A stretch of DNA of 64,000 nucleotides from Acidimicrobiia bacterium (GTDB lineage: Bacteria > Actinomycetota > Acidimicrobiia > Spongiisociales > ZC4RG35), in NCBI GenBank assembly GCA_009377435.1, contig WHUC01000001.1, positions 200 to 64,199 on the forward strand, in the 5' to 3' direction. Under the pieces are notes generated by a model. The model saw only the letters and a program-made list of their open reading frames with translations, was not told the DNA's origin and searched no databases. How positions within the stretch are numbered: the stretch's first letter is position 1; the number at the start of each line of letters is the position of its first letter. Of this stretch, positions 20,591-30,814 are shown in pieces. Made by a program: the position numbers and the translations under genes.

Positions 20591-20848
20591 TATGTCCTCG
20601 CCTTGGAATGGGCCGAGGTGGGCATCCGTGTTAACGCGGTCGGCCCCACCATCGTGCCCAGCGACATGACCGAGGATGTCCGATCGGATGAGGTCTACAT
20701 GCGCCAGAAGATGGCCAGCATCCCGTTGGGTCGCATGGCTACCACAGGTGACGTCGCCGAAACGGTGGCATTCTTGGCGTCACCGGCGGCGGGAATGATC
20801 ACCGGGCAGACCATCTTCGTCGATGGTGGGGCCACTATCCATTAAGGA
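20591..20848 (+). pseudogene. short-chain dehydrogenase/reductase (SDR) C-terminal remnant
   Basis: GIRVNAVGPTIV...IPLGRMATTGDVAETVAFLASPAAGMITGQTIFVDGGATIH is a canonical SDR tail. No Rossmann TGxxxGxG or YxxxK region is present upstream. Confidence 0.5.
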
Positions 20849-20937
20849 GACTGTCTCCTTCATTTTCCAGAGGATCGTTCGCCAATCGAGGGTCAGATCC
20901 CTGCCGCGGGGAGGGATGATCATCAGCCGCCTACCTT

Positions 20938-21489
20938 CTAGGTAGCGATGTCGGCTCGGAGCTGTTGGAGGGCCCGGCCGATCCGACTCTTCACCGTCCC
21001 CAAAGGAACATCGATCACCGCGGCTATCTCGGGTTGGGTCCAATTGAGGTAATAACGAAGGACAATCACCTCGCGGTGCTCATCAGACAGCTTCGCCACC
21101 GCAGCCGCCATCACCGGATCTGGAGGATCCGGATCCTCAACCGGGGTCTCTGGGAGATACTCGGTGGTGTGCTCACGCCGTCGCTTTCGCCACGAGCTAA
21201 TCGCCTGATTATGGGCCACCCGATACACCCACGCCGCCGGCTTGTCATAACCCTTCACCTTGACCCAGGACATGTACGCCTTGGTCATCGCCTCATCCAC
21301 CGCGTCTGCAGCATGGTCAACATCACCAGTGACCAGGGTTATGGCGCGCACCAACGACGGTCTCTCATCCGTGTAGAAATGCTCGAATTGTCTCTCATCA
21401 CGTCGGCTCAGTACCGTCCCCCGACTGGAACCACTGCCCCTCAGCCCGGTAGACGAAGCAGATACCGACTCGTCTCTTGTCATTCTCAT
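20938..21489 (-). CDS. ECF-subfamily RNA polymerase sigma factor
   Basis: Sigma-2 (FEHFYTDERPSLVRAITLVTGDVDHAADAVDEAMTKAY) and sigma-4 (REVIVLRYYLNWTQPEIAAVIDVPLGTVKSRIGRA) regions. Paralog of the gene at 33859. Confidence 0.85.
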   Translation of the reverse strand: MRMTRDESVSASSTGLRGSGSSRGTVLSRRDERQFEHFYTDERPSLVRAITLVTGDVDHAADAVDEAMTKAYMSWVKVKGYDKPAAWVYRVAHNQAISSWRKRRREHTTEYLPETPVEDPDPPDPVMAAAVAKLSDEHREVIVLRYYLNWTQPEIAAVIDVPLGTVKSRIGRALQQLRADIAT

Positions 21490-21987
21490 CCAACCACGTG
21501 ACCCCACCTTCACCCTGTCCCGCAACGACTCGGGGGTGTTCCCGATAATTGGCAAGGCTCCGGAGGGTGGGTAAACATATCGGCACCGACGTCGGCGAGC
21601 ACCGCAGCCGCCAGTAGCGGCAGGATTCACGCCGTGGTCGGTGCCCTTGGTTGCGGTCGCTCGATGACGAGCCTGTAGCGGCCCAGTCGAACGGTGCGGG
21701 TCCGTCTGGGTACGGAGCCGGCGAGACGCTCTGCGGCAGCTCGGTGTATCCGCTCCCGATGGGTGGTTCGGATGATTTCGTAAGCGATATCAGGGTTCAT
21801 CGTGATTCCTTCCGTCTTGTTTGTTCACTGTCTTGGTTCGTGTCCTGGGGGCGACCCTTATTGGGGTCCGTGGGGGCCATGTCACAACTTGGGGAAGCTC
21901 CCATGAAGGCACGGTGAAAGATGGTGAAATCGTCTTCATGTTTGATCAGCCCTCTAGCCGAGTGACACTGAGGCGAACCTCGTGCTG

Positions 21988-22545
21988 TCAGTGCCTCCGA
22001 CCCGCCTCCCACTCATCGAGTTTGTGGAGACCGGCGATGCACCACACCTCCGCATCATCGGACTCGTCACTGCCACGGAAACGGCGGATCAGCTCTCCTA
22101 GCGCTCCGATCTCGCATCCGCGGGTGCCCAGAAACAGAGACACGACAAAAGATATGGAGACGAGGATCGCGAAGACGACGATCAAGCCATAAAGAAATGA
22201 GGTCAACGGCGACGCCCACAGCCGGCCTTCCAGGGCAAAGGTGACCGCCATGGTCACAACCAGGACTCCACCAAAGATCGTCAAGATCCGCATGCCCCAT
22301 CGCCGTCCGAGAGCACTTGTCGGGAGCTGATAGAGCCCGTAGTAGACAGTCAGACCCGTCCAGATCCACACCCAGGGATTGGTGGTAGTGGTGGGCTCCG
22401 AGAACCAGGTCAGACCGGCTTCGATCCATTCGTAGGCGGTCCAAGCCATGAACACTCCCATTACGAGACGGACCAGTCTGCCCACCGGTCCGCTGCGTTG
22501 CAGTCCCCCGGTTGCGCCAGGTTCCTCATTGACTCGAGTGATCAT
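21988..22545 (-). CDS. hypothetical integral membrane protein
   Basis: 185 aa with four or five hydrophobic segments. Divergent from the two-component system. Confidence 0.5.
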   Translation of the reverse strand: MITRVNEEPGATGGLQRSGPVGRLVRLVMGVFMAWTAYEWIEAGLTWFSEPTTTTNPWVWIWTGLTVYYGLYQLPTSALGRRWGMRILTIFGGVLVVTMAVTFALEGRLWASPLTSFLYGLIVVFAILVSISFVVSLFLGTRGCEIGALGELIRRFRGSDESDDAEVWCIAGLHKLDEWEAGRRH

Positions 22546-22724
22546 TCACATCTCCTTCTGTCGTTCGTGACCAGTATTCGCAACGGAGCCCTTGTTGTCA
22601 TCGCCCCTGTTGCCGATTCCTCACCACCGATCGGTGGAGCCCCATATCCACCGGTTGGTGGATGTCAGACGAGGTGGGTTGGGTAGGGTGGAACGGGTAA
22701 GACCTGCTCGTAGGTGCACTCGAT

Positions 22725-23936
22725 ATGGTTGGACGAACACGGCGCGACACCGCTGCTAAGGCTGGGCCGTTTGATCGCTGGGCAGGTCTCTGGAGCGTGT
22801 TGTTCTACGGGGTGCTGCTCGGAGCCACCTTCTCTGCGCTTTCCTACGGCTCACATTCGGGTGCAGAGATCGCACTCATTGTGGGACTGGTGTCGATATT
22901 TGGTGTGTGGCATGCGTTATGGAGACGATCGCTTCTACCCCACGATCAGACCTATCTCGTCGGTGCGGTACTGCTCTGGGTGGGATTGGTTCTACTCGAT
23001 CCCGATTTTCTGCTCTTATCACTCGTCGTTTTTGTTCCCGTCTGTTATCAACATCTCGTGTGGGGATCCGTAGCCATTCTGGGCACCGGTGCCATCTGGG
23101 TGTGGTTGCAGGCACAGGAGCAGGGAACAATCCCCTGGGATGCGGTGGTCACGGCAACGCCCTTCGTAGTGGCGGGACTCCTTCTCGTCGGCTATGTCAG
23201 AGCGGTCGTTCGTCAGAGTGGAGAACGTCAACGCTTCATAGAGGACCTTCGTTCGGCCCAAGCCGATCTGGCCAGGGCGGAACGCCAGGCCGGCATCCTT
23301 GAGGAGCGGCACCGACTCGCCCGGGACATCCACGACACCCTTACTCAGGGTTTCACCAGCATCGTGATGCTTCTCGAGGCGACCCGGGCTTCCTTGGATT
23401 CGGATCATCCGGGTCGCCGTCACGTGGAGCGGGCCCTTCAGACGGCGCGGGACAACCTCGCCGAGAGTCGGCGCCTGGTATGGGCGATGCGCCCTGCATC
23501 TCTGACCGACGCTTCGGTGCCGGACGCCCTGCAACGCCTCGCTAACCAACTTGGCGACGAAACCGACATGCGTGTGGATACGGTGCTCACCGGTAGACCG
23601 CAGCCTTTGGCACAGGAGCAGGAGACTGCCTTGCTGCGGATTGCTCAAGAAGCCCTGACCAACATCCGCAAGCATGCCAAAGCGACCGAGGTGACGCTGA
23701 CCATCTCCTACATGGATGATGTCGTTGTCCTCGACATCCACGACAACGGTGTCGGCTTTGCCCCTTCGACGCAGACCTCCGGAGAGGGTGTGGGGCTGAG
23801 TGCAATGCGAGAGCGAGTACAGCTCTTGGGAGGGACGGTATCCGTCGAAAGCGATCCCGGCGAAGGCACGACCATCGTTGCCCACATCCCCACGACAACC
23901 GACCCGCACCGGGCCGCAGTCAGCGAGGCACCATGA
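22725..23936 (+). CDS. sensor histidine kinase (HisKA_3/NarL-type)
   Basis: Five TM helices, then RHRLARDIHDTLTQ (HisKA_3 H-box) and an HATPase (NGVGF, GVGLSAMRERV). Confidence 0.85.
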   Translation: MVGRTRRDTAAKAGPFDRWAGLWSVLFYGVLLGATFSALSYGSHSGAEIALIVGLVSIFGVWHALWRRSLLPHDQTYLVGAVLLWVGLVLLDPDFLLLSLVVFVPVCYQHLVWGSVAILGTGAIWVWLQAQEQGTIPWDAVVTATPFVVAGLLLVGYVRAVVRQSGERQRFIEDLRSAQADLARAERQAGILEERHRLARDIHDTLTQGFTSIVMLLEATRASLDSDHPGRRHVERALQTARDNLAESRRLVWAMRPASLTDASVPDALQRLANQLGDETDMRVDTVLTGRPQPLAQEQETALLRIAQEALTNIRKHAKATEVTLTISYMDDVVVLDIHDNGVGFAPSTQTSGEGVGLSAMRERVQLLGGTVSVESDPGEGTTIVAHIPTTTDPHRAAVSEAP

Positions 23937-24598
23937 CCACACCAACCCGGGTGATCATCGTCGATGATCACCCCGTAGTGCGAGACGGGCTCCGCGCGTT
24001 GCTCGACACCGAAAGCGACGTGGAGGTGGTGGGAGAGGCCACGAATGGGAACGAGGCATTGGCCATGGTCGGAGCTCTCCACCCCGACCTGGTGCTGATG
24101 GATTTGCAGATGCCGGAGCTTGATGGGGTTGCCGCCACCCGGGGGATCCGCCGTGAGTACGACACCGTCGAGATTCTCATCCTGACCACTTATGACACGG
24201 ACGCCGACATAGGCCGGGCCATCGACGCTGGGGCGACCGGATATCTCCTCAAGGATGCGTCCCGGGAGGAACTGATAAGAGCGATACGTACCGCGGCGCA
24301 AGGGGAGTCGGTCCTCTCCCCTCAGGTGGCGTCGCGTGTCCTGGGGAAGATGCGAGCCCCTGCCGAGGAGGCCCTGAGCGCACGTGAGATCGAGGTGTTG
24401 CTCGAGGTGTCCCACGGTCTCTCCAACCGCGAGGTGGGCAGATCGCTGCATATCAGTGAGGCCACCGTCAGGACCCACTTGCTTCACATATTCGCAAAGC
24501 TGGGAGTGCACGACCGCACCGCCGCGGTGACCGTGGCTTTGGAGCGTGGCATCATCCGGCTGGATCCGCCCCTGGATACGAGCCGGGATGGCGGCTAA
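23933..24598 (+). CDS. response regulator, NarL/LuxR family
   Basis: REC domain (IIVDDHPVVRDG, DLVLMDLQMP) plus a LuxR HTH. ATGA overlap with the kinase. Confidence 0.9.
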   Translation: MTTPTRVIIVDDHPVVRDGLRALLDTESDVEVVGEATNGNEALAMVGALHPDLVLMDLQMPELDGVAATRGIRREYDTVEILILTTYDTDADIGRAIDAGATGYLLKDASREELIRAIRTAAQGESVLSPQVASRVLGKMRAPAEEALSAREIEVLLEVSHGLSNREVGRSLHISEATVRTHLLHIFAKLGVHDRTAAVTVALERGIIRLDPPLDTSRDGG

Positions 24599-25587
24599 CC
24601 GTATAGCAAGGTCGTGATCTGTTTCTCGAGTCGGTCGAGTTCAACATCAAGCTTCTCCAAGAGTCCCGACTGGCTGTGCGCCAATGCGAGGAGCAGATGT
24701 TCAGTGCCCATGTAATTGTGGTTGAGCTTCTGAGCCTCCGACCGGGCTCGCTCCAGTATCTGTTTCGTCTCGGGAGCCATCGCCACCGGTGCAGGCTCGG
24801 TGCCTTCGGGCCTACCGCTCCGCAATTCCCGGCGCACCGCTTCGACGTCGACGCCGAGGACCTTCAATGTCTTCGCTCCCAGCGAGTCTGGAACCCCGAC
24901 AATGCCAAGTAGGAGGTGCTCGGGGAGGACGTCGGAATAACGGAGCTCTTGCGCCGCCTTGGTGGCACCTTCCAGGGCTTCATGGACCCGGTCGGTGGGT
25001 TCTGGAGTTTCAAGCATGCGCCGGTGGCGTCGTTTGCGGCGACGACCCACAGGTTGCGGTTGCCGTTGTTCATCCAGGGTGGCGGTGGCGAGGGTGAGGC
25101 AGTGACCGCAGATCCGCATGCCGCCACGCACCACCAGGGAACCGCTCTTTCGCTCAGGTTTCCGACAGAAACAACAGGTGAGATTCGACTCACTCGAGAC
25201 TTCAAGGACAAGTTCGCCGTCACGGGCACCTCAACCCTGGGCAAGGGCATGCAGCCCCAGCGACACACAGCCGCTGCAGACAAACACCCCAGGACCGGCT
25301 ACCAGCCTTTCGACATCGGCCTTTCGTCGTCCACAGAAGCCGCAGGCTGTATCCGAGACAATTTGGTGTACCCGCTGGTGGCTGATCTCCAATCGACGGG
25401 CAATATCCCGTAACGACACCCCGGAGGTGTGAAGACGGCGAATCGCCTCGTGATAGGCCGACCTGGCCCGATCGGTCGCGGCCTCCTCATCCATCAGTCG
25501 GGTTCGGGCTGTAGTTGCCTCCGACCAGATTTCGTTGATCGCTTCCGCCATGTCTAGTAGACTAGACACCTCCCGAGACTTGATCAA
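24595..25587 (-). pseudogene. HTH + tandem ClpX-type zinc-finger + Clp N-domain protein, split by an in-frame TGA
   Basis: The upstream part carries an HTH and ZnF1 (CGFCGRRKADVERLVAGPGVFVCSGCV), then TGA at 25233..25231. In the same frame follow ZnF2 (LTCCFCRKPERKSGSWVRGGMRICGHCL) and two Clp_N repeats (LPEHLLLGIV, MGTEHLLLAL). No canonical start can rescue ZnF2. Confidence 0.55.
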
Positions 25588-25900
25588 CGAGAACTAGCCG
25601 GGTCCTCTATCGGCTCAATCCGAAATACCGGGCAGTGGTCGACCAGCGTGGCGAAGGCGTCAGGGTCGGCGGTCACCCCGTAGAGGCGGGTGAAGAAGGG
25701 CACTCCGTGGGGGACCTCGCTGGGGAAGGCCCTCAGGATGGGCTCACGGTCTCCTCGTTCCAGTTCGGTCAGCCGCACCTTGTGACGGTCATTGCCGTAG
25801 GCGAGATAGCCCGAACCGGCAGCCCGGACGTTTCGAACCCAGTCGGAGGCGGCATGGCCGGCGACAATGTACTCCTGGCCGTCACCGGTCTCGCATCGAC
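25584..25900 (-). pseudogene. deazaflavin-dependent nitroreductase (DUF385) C-terminal fragment
   Basis: DGQEYIVAGHAASDWVRNVRAAGSG...RLTELERGDREPILRAF...CPVFRIEP aligns with the Ddn-family C-terminus. The N-terminal TTTGRKSG-like segment lies in a different frame. Confidence 0.4.
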
Positions 25901-25920
25901 CACCACCGTGCCCGAGTCCA

Positions 25921-26697
25921 TCAATCGACGAACGTCGACCGGTTCCAACGACTCCAGAAGGGGCGGCCGGTCACCGTACACCACCGGACCGAGTCGGTTG
26001 CGTTCCCGGAGGTGGTGGTAGTAACCGGGATAGGACCCGAGGCTCCCGAGCAGAAGTGCAACGAAGGCTTCCTCGTCGGAGACCTGGAGATTAGGGGTTG
26101 GTGGCCGTCTCCGCACCCAGAGTTGTGACCCCGGTCACCGGTGACCCCGGCGGTGCAGAACGACCCGGCACCGTGGGTTGGGTACACATTCAGATCATCG
26201 GGTAGTGGATGTAGCACTTCACGGAGCGACCGGAAGAGACGTCGTGCCAGGTCCTCGGTTTGATCGGGTGCGATCAGGTCGGTGCGGGCCACCGCCCCCA
26301 CGAGGAGACTCCCACCCGAGAACAGGGCCAACGGGGTGGAGTCATCGCTGAGCAGATAGGCCAGATGTTCGGGGGTGTGTCCAGGTGTGGCCAGGGCCGA
26401 GAGGGTGAGCCCGCCCAGATCGACATCCTCACCTGAGTCGACGAGGCGATGGTCGAAGACGAGATCGGCACCTCTTGGGGCGTACAAGATCGATCCCACC
26501 GCCTGGAGCTCGCGTCCACCCGAGATGAAATCGGCATGGAGATGGGTCTCCACCGTGGCAGAGATGGTCCACCCCAGGCTCTCCGCCGTGGCCAGATAGG
26601 CCGAGCGGTCGCGACGAGGGTCCACTGCAAGGGGTCTCCCGAGCCTCCCGCGGCCCCCACCCGGGGCTCTCTCAAGGGCGGACCGGTGAGCGGTCAC
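25921..26697 (-). CDS. MBL-fold metallo-hydrolase (glyoxalase II-like)
   Basis: ETHLHADFISGG (HxHxDH), ATPGHTPEH and YPTHGAGSFC motifs. The C-terminal ~40 codons look like read-through into the DUF385 remnant. Confidence 0.6.
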   Translation of the reverse strand: MTAHRSALERAPGGGRGRLGRPLAVDPRRDRSAYLATAESLGWTISATVETHLHADFISGGRELQAVGSILYAPRGADLVFDHRLVDSGEDVDLGGLTLSALATPGHTPEHLAYLLSDDSTPLALFSGGSLLVGAVARTDLIAPDQTEDLARRLFRSLREVLHPLPDDLNVYPTHGAGSFCTAGVTGDRGHNSGCGDGHQPLISRSPTRKPSLHFCSGASGPIPVTTTTSGNATDSVRWCTVTGRPFWSRWNRSTFVD

Positions 26698-26731
26698 CAG
26701 GGCCGAAAGTCAACTGCTACCTTCCCTGAGT

Positions 26732-27469
26732 ATGGAGAATCCTGACGGCTACTTCGGTGCCGATGTTGCCGCGACGTACGACGAGCCGTCCGACGCAATG
26801 AACCAGTCTCCGGCGATCGAGCCGGTGGTGGACATGCTGGCGCAACTAGCCGGTGGCGGCCAGGCGTTGGAGTTCGCCATCGGGACCGGGAGGATCGCCC
26901 TACCGTTGGCGCGCCGGGGGGTGGATGTGCAGGGTATCGAGCTCTCCGGGGCGATGGTGCAGCAGCTGCGCGGCAAACCCGAGGGCGAAGCGATCCTGGT
27001 GACGATGGGCGATATGGCCAGCACACGGGTAGAGGGGACGTTCAGGGTGGTTTATCTGGTTTTCAACACCATCTACAACCTGACCAGTCAGGACGCCCAG
27101 GTGGACTGTTTTCGCAACGCGGCAGCGCACCTGGGGCCCGGCGGCACGTTCGTGATCGAAGTCGGTGTGCCCGATCTGCGCCGACTGCCGCCCGGGCAGG
27201 ACGCAGTGCCCTTCACCGTGAGCGCGGAACGGCTCGGATTTGACACCTACGACGTCGCCACCCAGGCGATGTCCTCTCATCACGTCACCTTCGACGGTGA
27301 GACGCCGACGTACCATTCACTGCCATTCCGGTACGTGTGGCCGTCGGAGCTGGATCTGATGGCGCGGCTGGCCGGGATGCGGCTCAAACACCGCTGGGAG
27401 TCCTGGGACCGTGCCCCGTTCACCAGTGACAGCCGACAACACGTCTCCATCTGGGAGAAGGTGGCCTAA
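26732..27469 (+). CDS. class I SAM-dependent methyltransferase
   Basis: 245 aa with a Rossmann methyltransferase fold (LEFAIGTGRIALPLA, LVFNTIYNL). Confidence 0.75.
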   Translation: MENPDGYFGADVAATYDEPSDAMNQSPAIEPVVDMLAQLAGGGQALEFAIGTGRIALPLARRGVDVQGIELSGAMVQQLRGKPEGEAILVTMGDMASTRVEGTFRVVYLVFNTIYNLTSQDAQVDCFRNAAAHLGPGGTFVIEVGVPDLRRLPPGQDAVPFTVSAERLGFDTYDVATQAMSSHHVTFDGETPTYHSLPFRYVWPSELDLMARLAGMRLKHRWESWDRAPFTSDSRQHVSIWEKVA

Positions 27470-27840
27470 CGAGCCCCGCAATCTACGTGAATACTCCCCG
27501 GGGAGGACACAAGACCCTTCCTCCGTGTGACGACGGACGGACTCGCCACCCGCATAGTGGTGGGGAAAGCACCCCGAGGTCAGAGCCCGATGACGACAAC
27601 CGTCCCCGAACAAACCAAGCGACGCACTCTCCGCCCGAGAACCCGGATACTGGTGCTCACCACCCACATCATTGTCTCCGTAGCTCTCCTGGGTGATGCG
27701 GCCGGGTTCCTCGCCGTAGCTATTCGAAAACTCTCGTCGATACTCATCCTGGTGGTTGCCCTCGGCTTGCCTAGCGGTGGCAATGCGACCCATTCGGGAC
27801 CCGAGTCCACAAGTACAACCTAGGGCTGGTCCGTGGGAGT

Positions 27841-29301
27841 TTAGGGGTGGGTGAGGGGGAGTCTCATGGTGAACCGGGCCCCACCCGAGGGTGAGTCGGC
27901 GCACCTGATGTCACCGTCATGAAGCTCCACGATGCGGCGGACGATGGCGAGACCGAGCCCGGTTCCGCCCTCGTCACGTCCCCGAGCGTCGTCGAGACGA
28001 GTGAAGCGGTCAAAGATGACCTCTCTCTGTTCCTCCGGCACCCCAGGGCCGTCATCGTCGACGTGGATGACACAGGTGTCGCCGTCGGTCCGGGCTTCTA
28101 TCGACACTCGCTCTTCGGCGTGTCTGGTGGCGTTGTCGATGAGATTGCGAAGGGCCCGTCGCAACCGCAACCTGTTGCCCTCGATCTTCACCTCACCTTC
28201 AATCTCGGTCGTGATCTTGGTTCCTTCGGGGTTGATGGTCTCGCCCATGATGAGGTCCTCGACGTCGACCTCGGTGACAGTGCCGAGTCCGATCTCATCC
28301 ATCCGGCTCAAGGCGAGGAGATCGTCGATGAATTGGCTCAGGTGTTCGTGCTCACCGAGCATTCTGCGGGCGGCTGCCGGCCAGTCCGTGTTCTCGGGAT
28401 GGGCGAGAGCCACCTCTAGCTGCGCCTTGCTCGCCGCCACGGGGCTGCGCAACTCATGGGAGGCATCGGCGATGAAACGGCGTTGCCTCTGCTGGGACCC
28501 GTCGAGACGGTCGAGCATTTCATTCATCGTGGTGGCGAGCTCGGAAATGTCGTCGCCGCTGTCGGGGACGGGCACCCGTTCCGAGAGGTTGGCGTCGGTG
28601 ATCGATCTGGTGCGACGGGTTATCGAATGGACGGGTCGGAGGGCCCGATTGGCGGTCATGTATGTGAGGAGGGCGACGATTGCGATCAGCACCGGAACCG
28701 CGACCCACAAGACCCACCGAATCGCGCTGAGACCGTCTTCGATGGGTGCCAAAGGAGTGACCACGCCGATCTGGAACACAGTCTCCGGCGAGGCCACATC
28801 ATCGAAGCTGACAGGTTGGGCTACCGCGATCACATCCTCGCCACGCTCTATCACGCGGATAGGAGCGACTCGTTGGCTCTCAATGTTGCCCGAGAAGAAG
28901 ATCTGTCGCTCCTCGGGATCGGCCGACGGGGGCGGGGCATCAGCTGGGATGCTCTCCCCCTCGACGCTAAGGGACGACCCTTCTTCCTCAACGAGGGCAT
29001 CCGACGGCACGATGGTCATGAGAGCCTCGAAGTACTCCTCCGGGGTCAGCTCGTTTCCCGCGGCGTCCATGTAGAAGAAGGACCCCGGGTCGCCGGGGGA
29101 GACCGAGGCGATAACGGGACCCCCACCCGTGGCTCCAGTCAGGTAGTTGTCCAGCAGAGCCATGCTGTTGATCCGGGCGTTGTCGTAGAGCTGATCGGCC
29201 ACCCGGTGATAGATCACCCAAGCCCCCAAGATGGCGGCGACGGCGAACACACCTGTCACCGCCACGGTGAGGCGGGTCCGGATCGACTTCACACCCGTCA
29301 T
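27841..29301 (-). CDS. sensor histidine kinase (MtrB/PhoR-like)
   Basis: Two TM helices and a HAMP region, H-box ASHELRSPVAA, HATPase GGTGLGLAIVRRIVELHDG. Confidence 0.9.
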   Translation of the reverse strand: MTGVKSIRTRLTVAVTGVFAVAAILGAWVIYHRVADQLYDNARINSMALLDNYLTGATGGGPVIASVSPGDPGSFFYMDAAGNELTPEEYFEALMTIVPSDALVEEEGSSLSVEGESIPADAPPPSADPEERQIFFSGNIESQRVAPIRVIERGEDVIAVAQPVSFDDVASPETVFQIGVVTPLAPIEDGLSAIRWVLWVAVPVLIAIVALLTYMTANRALRPVHSITRRTRSITDANLSERVPVPDSGDDISELATTMNEMLDRLDGSQQRQRRFIADASHELRSPVAASKAQLEVALAHPENTDWPAAARRMLGEHEHLSQFIDDLLALSRMDEIGLGTVTEVDVEDLIMGETINPEGTKITTEIEGEVKIEGNRLRLRRALRNLIDNATRHAEERVSIEARTDGDTCVIHVDDDGPGVPEEQREVIFDRFTRLDDARGRDEGGTGLGLAIVRRIVELHDGDIRCADSPSGGARFTMRLPLTHP

Positions 29302-29975
29302 CGGTCCGCCAACCGATAACCGATGCCACGGACCGTCTCAACAACGGTCGGTTCCTGTCCCGCTTCTTCCAGTTTGCGACGGAGAAGACCGACGTAGACG
29401 TCGACGACGTTCGAGGTTGTCTCGTACTCCGATCCCCAGACGATGTCGAGCAGCTCAATACGGGTCAGAGGCTGACCAACCCGACGGGCCAGGGTCTCCA
29501 GCACCGCATACTCCCGCGCCGACAAGTCCACGGGGCTCCCCGCCACAGTGCATTCCTTTCTCATGGTGTCGAGAACGAGCTGGTCAACTGAGATCGTTGA
29601 CAAGGCCGGGGTCGGGTTGGCCCGTCGTATCAGGGCGTTGATCCGTGACAGGAGAACCGAGAAGTTGAACGGTTTCGTCAGATAGTCGTCGGCGCCCAGA
29701 TCCAAGCCTTCGGTCTGGTCCTCGTCTCCGTCCTTTGCGGTCAGCATCAGGATGGGCACCGTGTTTTTCTCCTCGCGCAGGGTTCGACACAACTCGTACC
29801 CGTTCATCCGGGGGAGCAGGATGTCCAAAACGATGAGGTCGTAGGGAAACTCACGGGCCCGCCACAGCCCGTCGGGCCCGTCGGTGCTGACATCCACGTC
29901 GTAGCCCTCAGCCACAAGACCACGTTCCAGGGCATCCACCATGGTCGGGTTGTCCTCGATGACCAACAATCTCAT
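29298..29975 (-). CDS. response regulator, OmpR/PhoB family
   Basis: REC domain plus winged-helix domain (GIGYRL). ATGA overlap with the kinase. Confidence 0.9.
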   Translation of the reverse strand: MRLLVIEDNPTMVDALERGLVAEGYDVDVSTDGPDGLWRAREFPYDLIVLDILLPRMNGYELCRTLREEKNTVPILMLTAKDGDEDQTEGLDLGADDYLTKPFNFSVLLSRINALIRRANPTPALSTISVDQLVLDTMRKECTVAGSPVDLSAREYAVLETLARRVGQPLTRIELLDIVWGSEYETTSNVVDVYVGLLRRKLEEAGQEPTVVETVRGIGYRLADR

Positions 29976-30106
29976 ACCTCAAGTATGCCCCCACTCGGAT
30001 GAAACGAACATGAAAACAGTTTCATCGTCTTTCACCGTTGGTTCATGGGAGCTTCTACATAGTCGTGCGGGTGACGGTCAAGGAGGCCGTCGGAAAGGAA
30101 GTAATC

Positions 30107-30814
30107 ATGATGAATGGTACGAATCTGGCGAGACGCTGGGGTGTGGTTCTCGGCGTCTCCGCCCTGATGCTGGCGGCCTGCGGCTCCGACCCTGGAGGCG
30201 CCGAGGCCGGCTCCGATGGGGTGGCCTCGTTGGGTAGCGGAGCGACCGCCGAGACGACGGGTGGCAACGACTCGGGTGGGCTCGAAGCACCGACCGACCA
30301 GAATGAGGCTTTCCTCCTCTATGACAAGTGCATGGCAGAGGAGGGTTTCCCCACCGATACCGCCGGGTCGACCGACGAGGGGATGGTTAGCTCATCTTCC
30401 GAAGACGAGAGTGATGGGAATGAAGGGCCGACCGAGAAGTTATTGGGTCCCGGCGGAATAGAGATCGAAGGCGAGGACATCGAACGCTATGAGAAGGCCG
30501 ACGAGGTCTGCCGCGGTCATCTCGCCAACGTTCAAACCGGACTACCAGAGTTCACTCCGGAACAGGAGGCCGCCTTGGCGGACGCCGAGGTCAAGGTAAA
30601 CGAGTGCCTGCAGGAGAAGGGGGTCGATATGAAGGTGGACCTGACGGACGACGAGGGACTCTCGACCAACGAAGAACAGGACGAGGGGGACGATGGGTCG
30701 GGCGCGCCCCCACCGGATATCGAGGAGATGGAACAGGCGTTGGAGGAGTGCTCCAAGGTGTTCGACGAGTATCCCGAGTTGGATGACGCCCCTCTCCCCG
30801 GGAGGGAGCAGTGA
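30107..30814 (+). CDS. acidic secreted lipoprotein, hypothetical
   Basis: Signal peptide with lipobox LAAC, D/E-rich, four cysteines. Immediately upstream of the efflux genes. Confidence 0.5.
   Translation: MMNGTNLARRWGVVLGVSALMLAACGSDPGGAEAGSDGVASLGSGATAETTGGNDSGGLEAPTDQNEAFLLYDKCMAEEGFPTDTAGSTDEGMVSSSSEDESDGNEGPTEKLLGPGGIEIEGEDIERYEKADEVCRGHLANVQTGLPEFTPEQEAALADAEVKVNECLQEKGVDMKVDLTDDEGLSTNEEQDEGDDGSGAPPPDIEEMEQALEECSKVFDEYPELDDAPLPGREQ

Noticed and set aside
25769-26116. Possible rhodanese-like domain in a third frame
   Set aside because: Only a weak resemblance (VVVDARP). No active-site Cys loop. Treated as shadow frame or frameshift debris.
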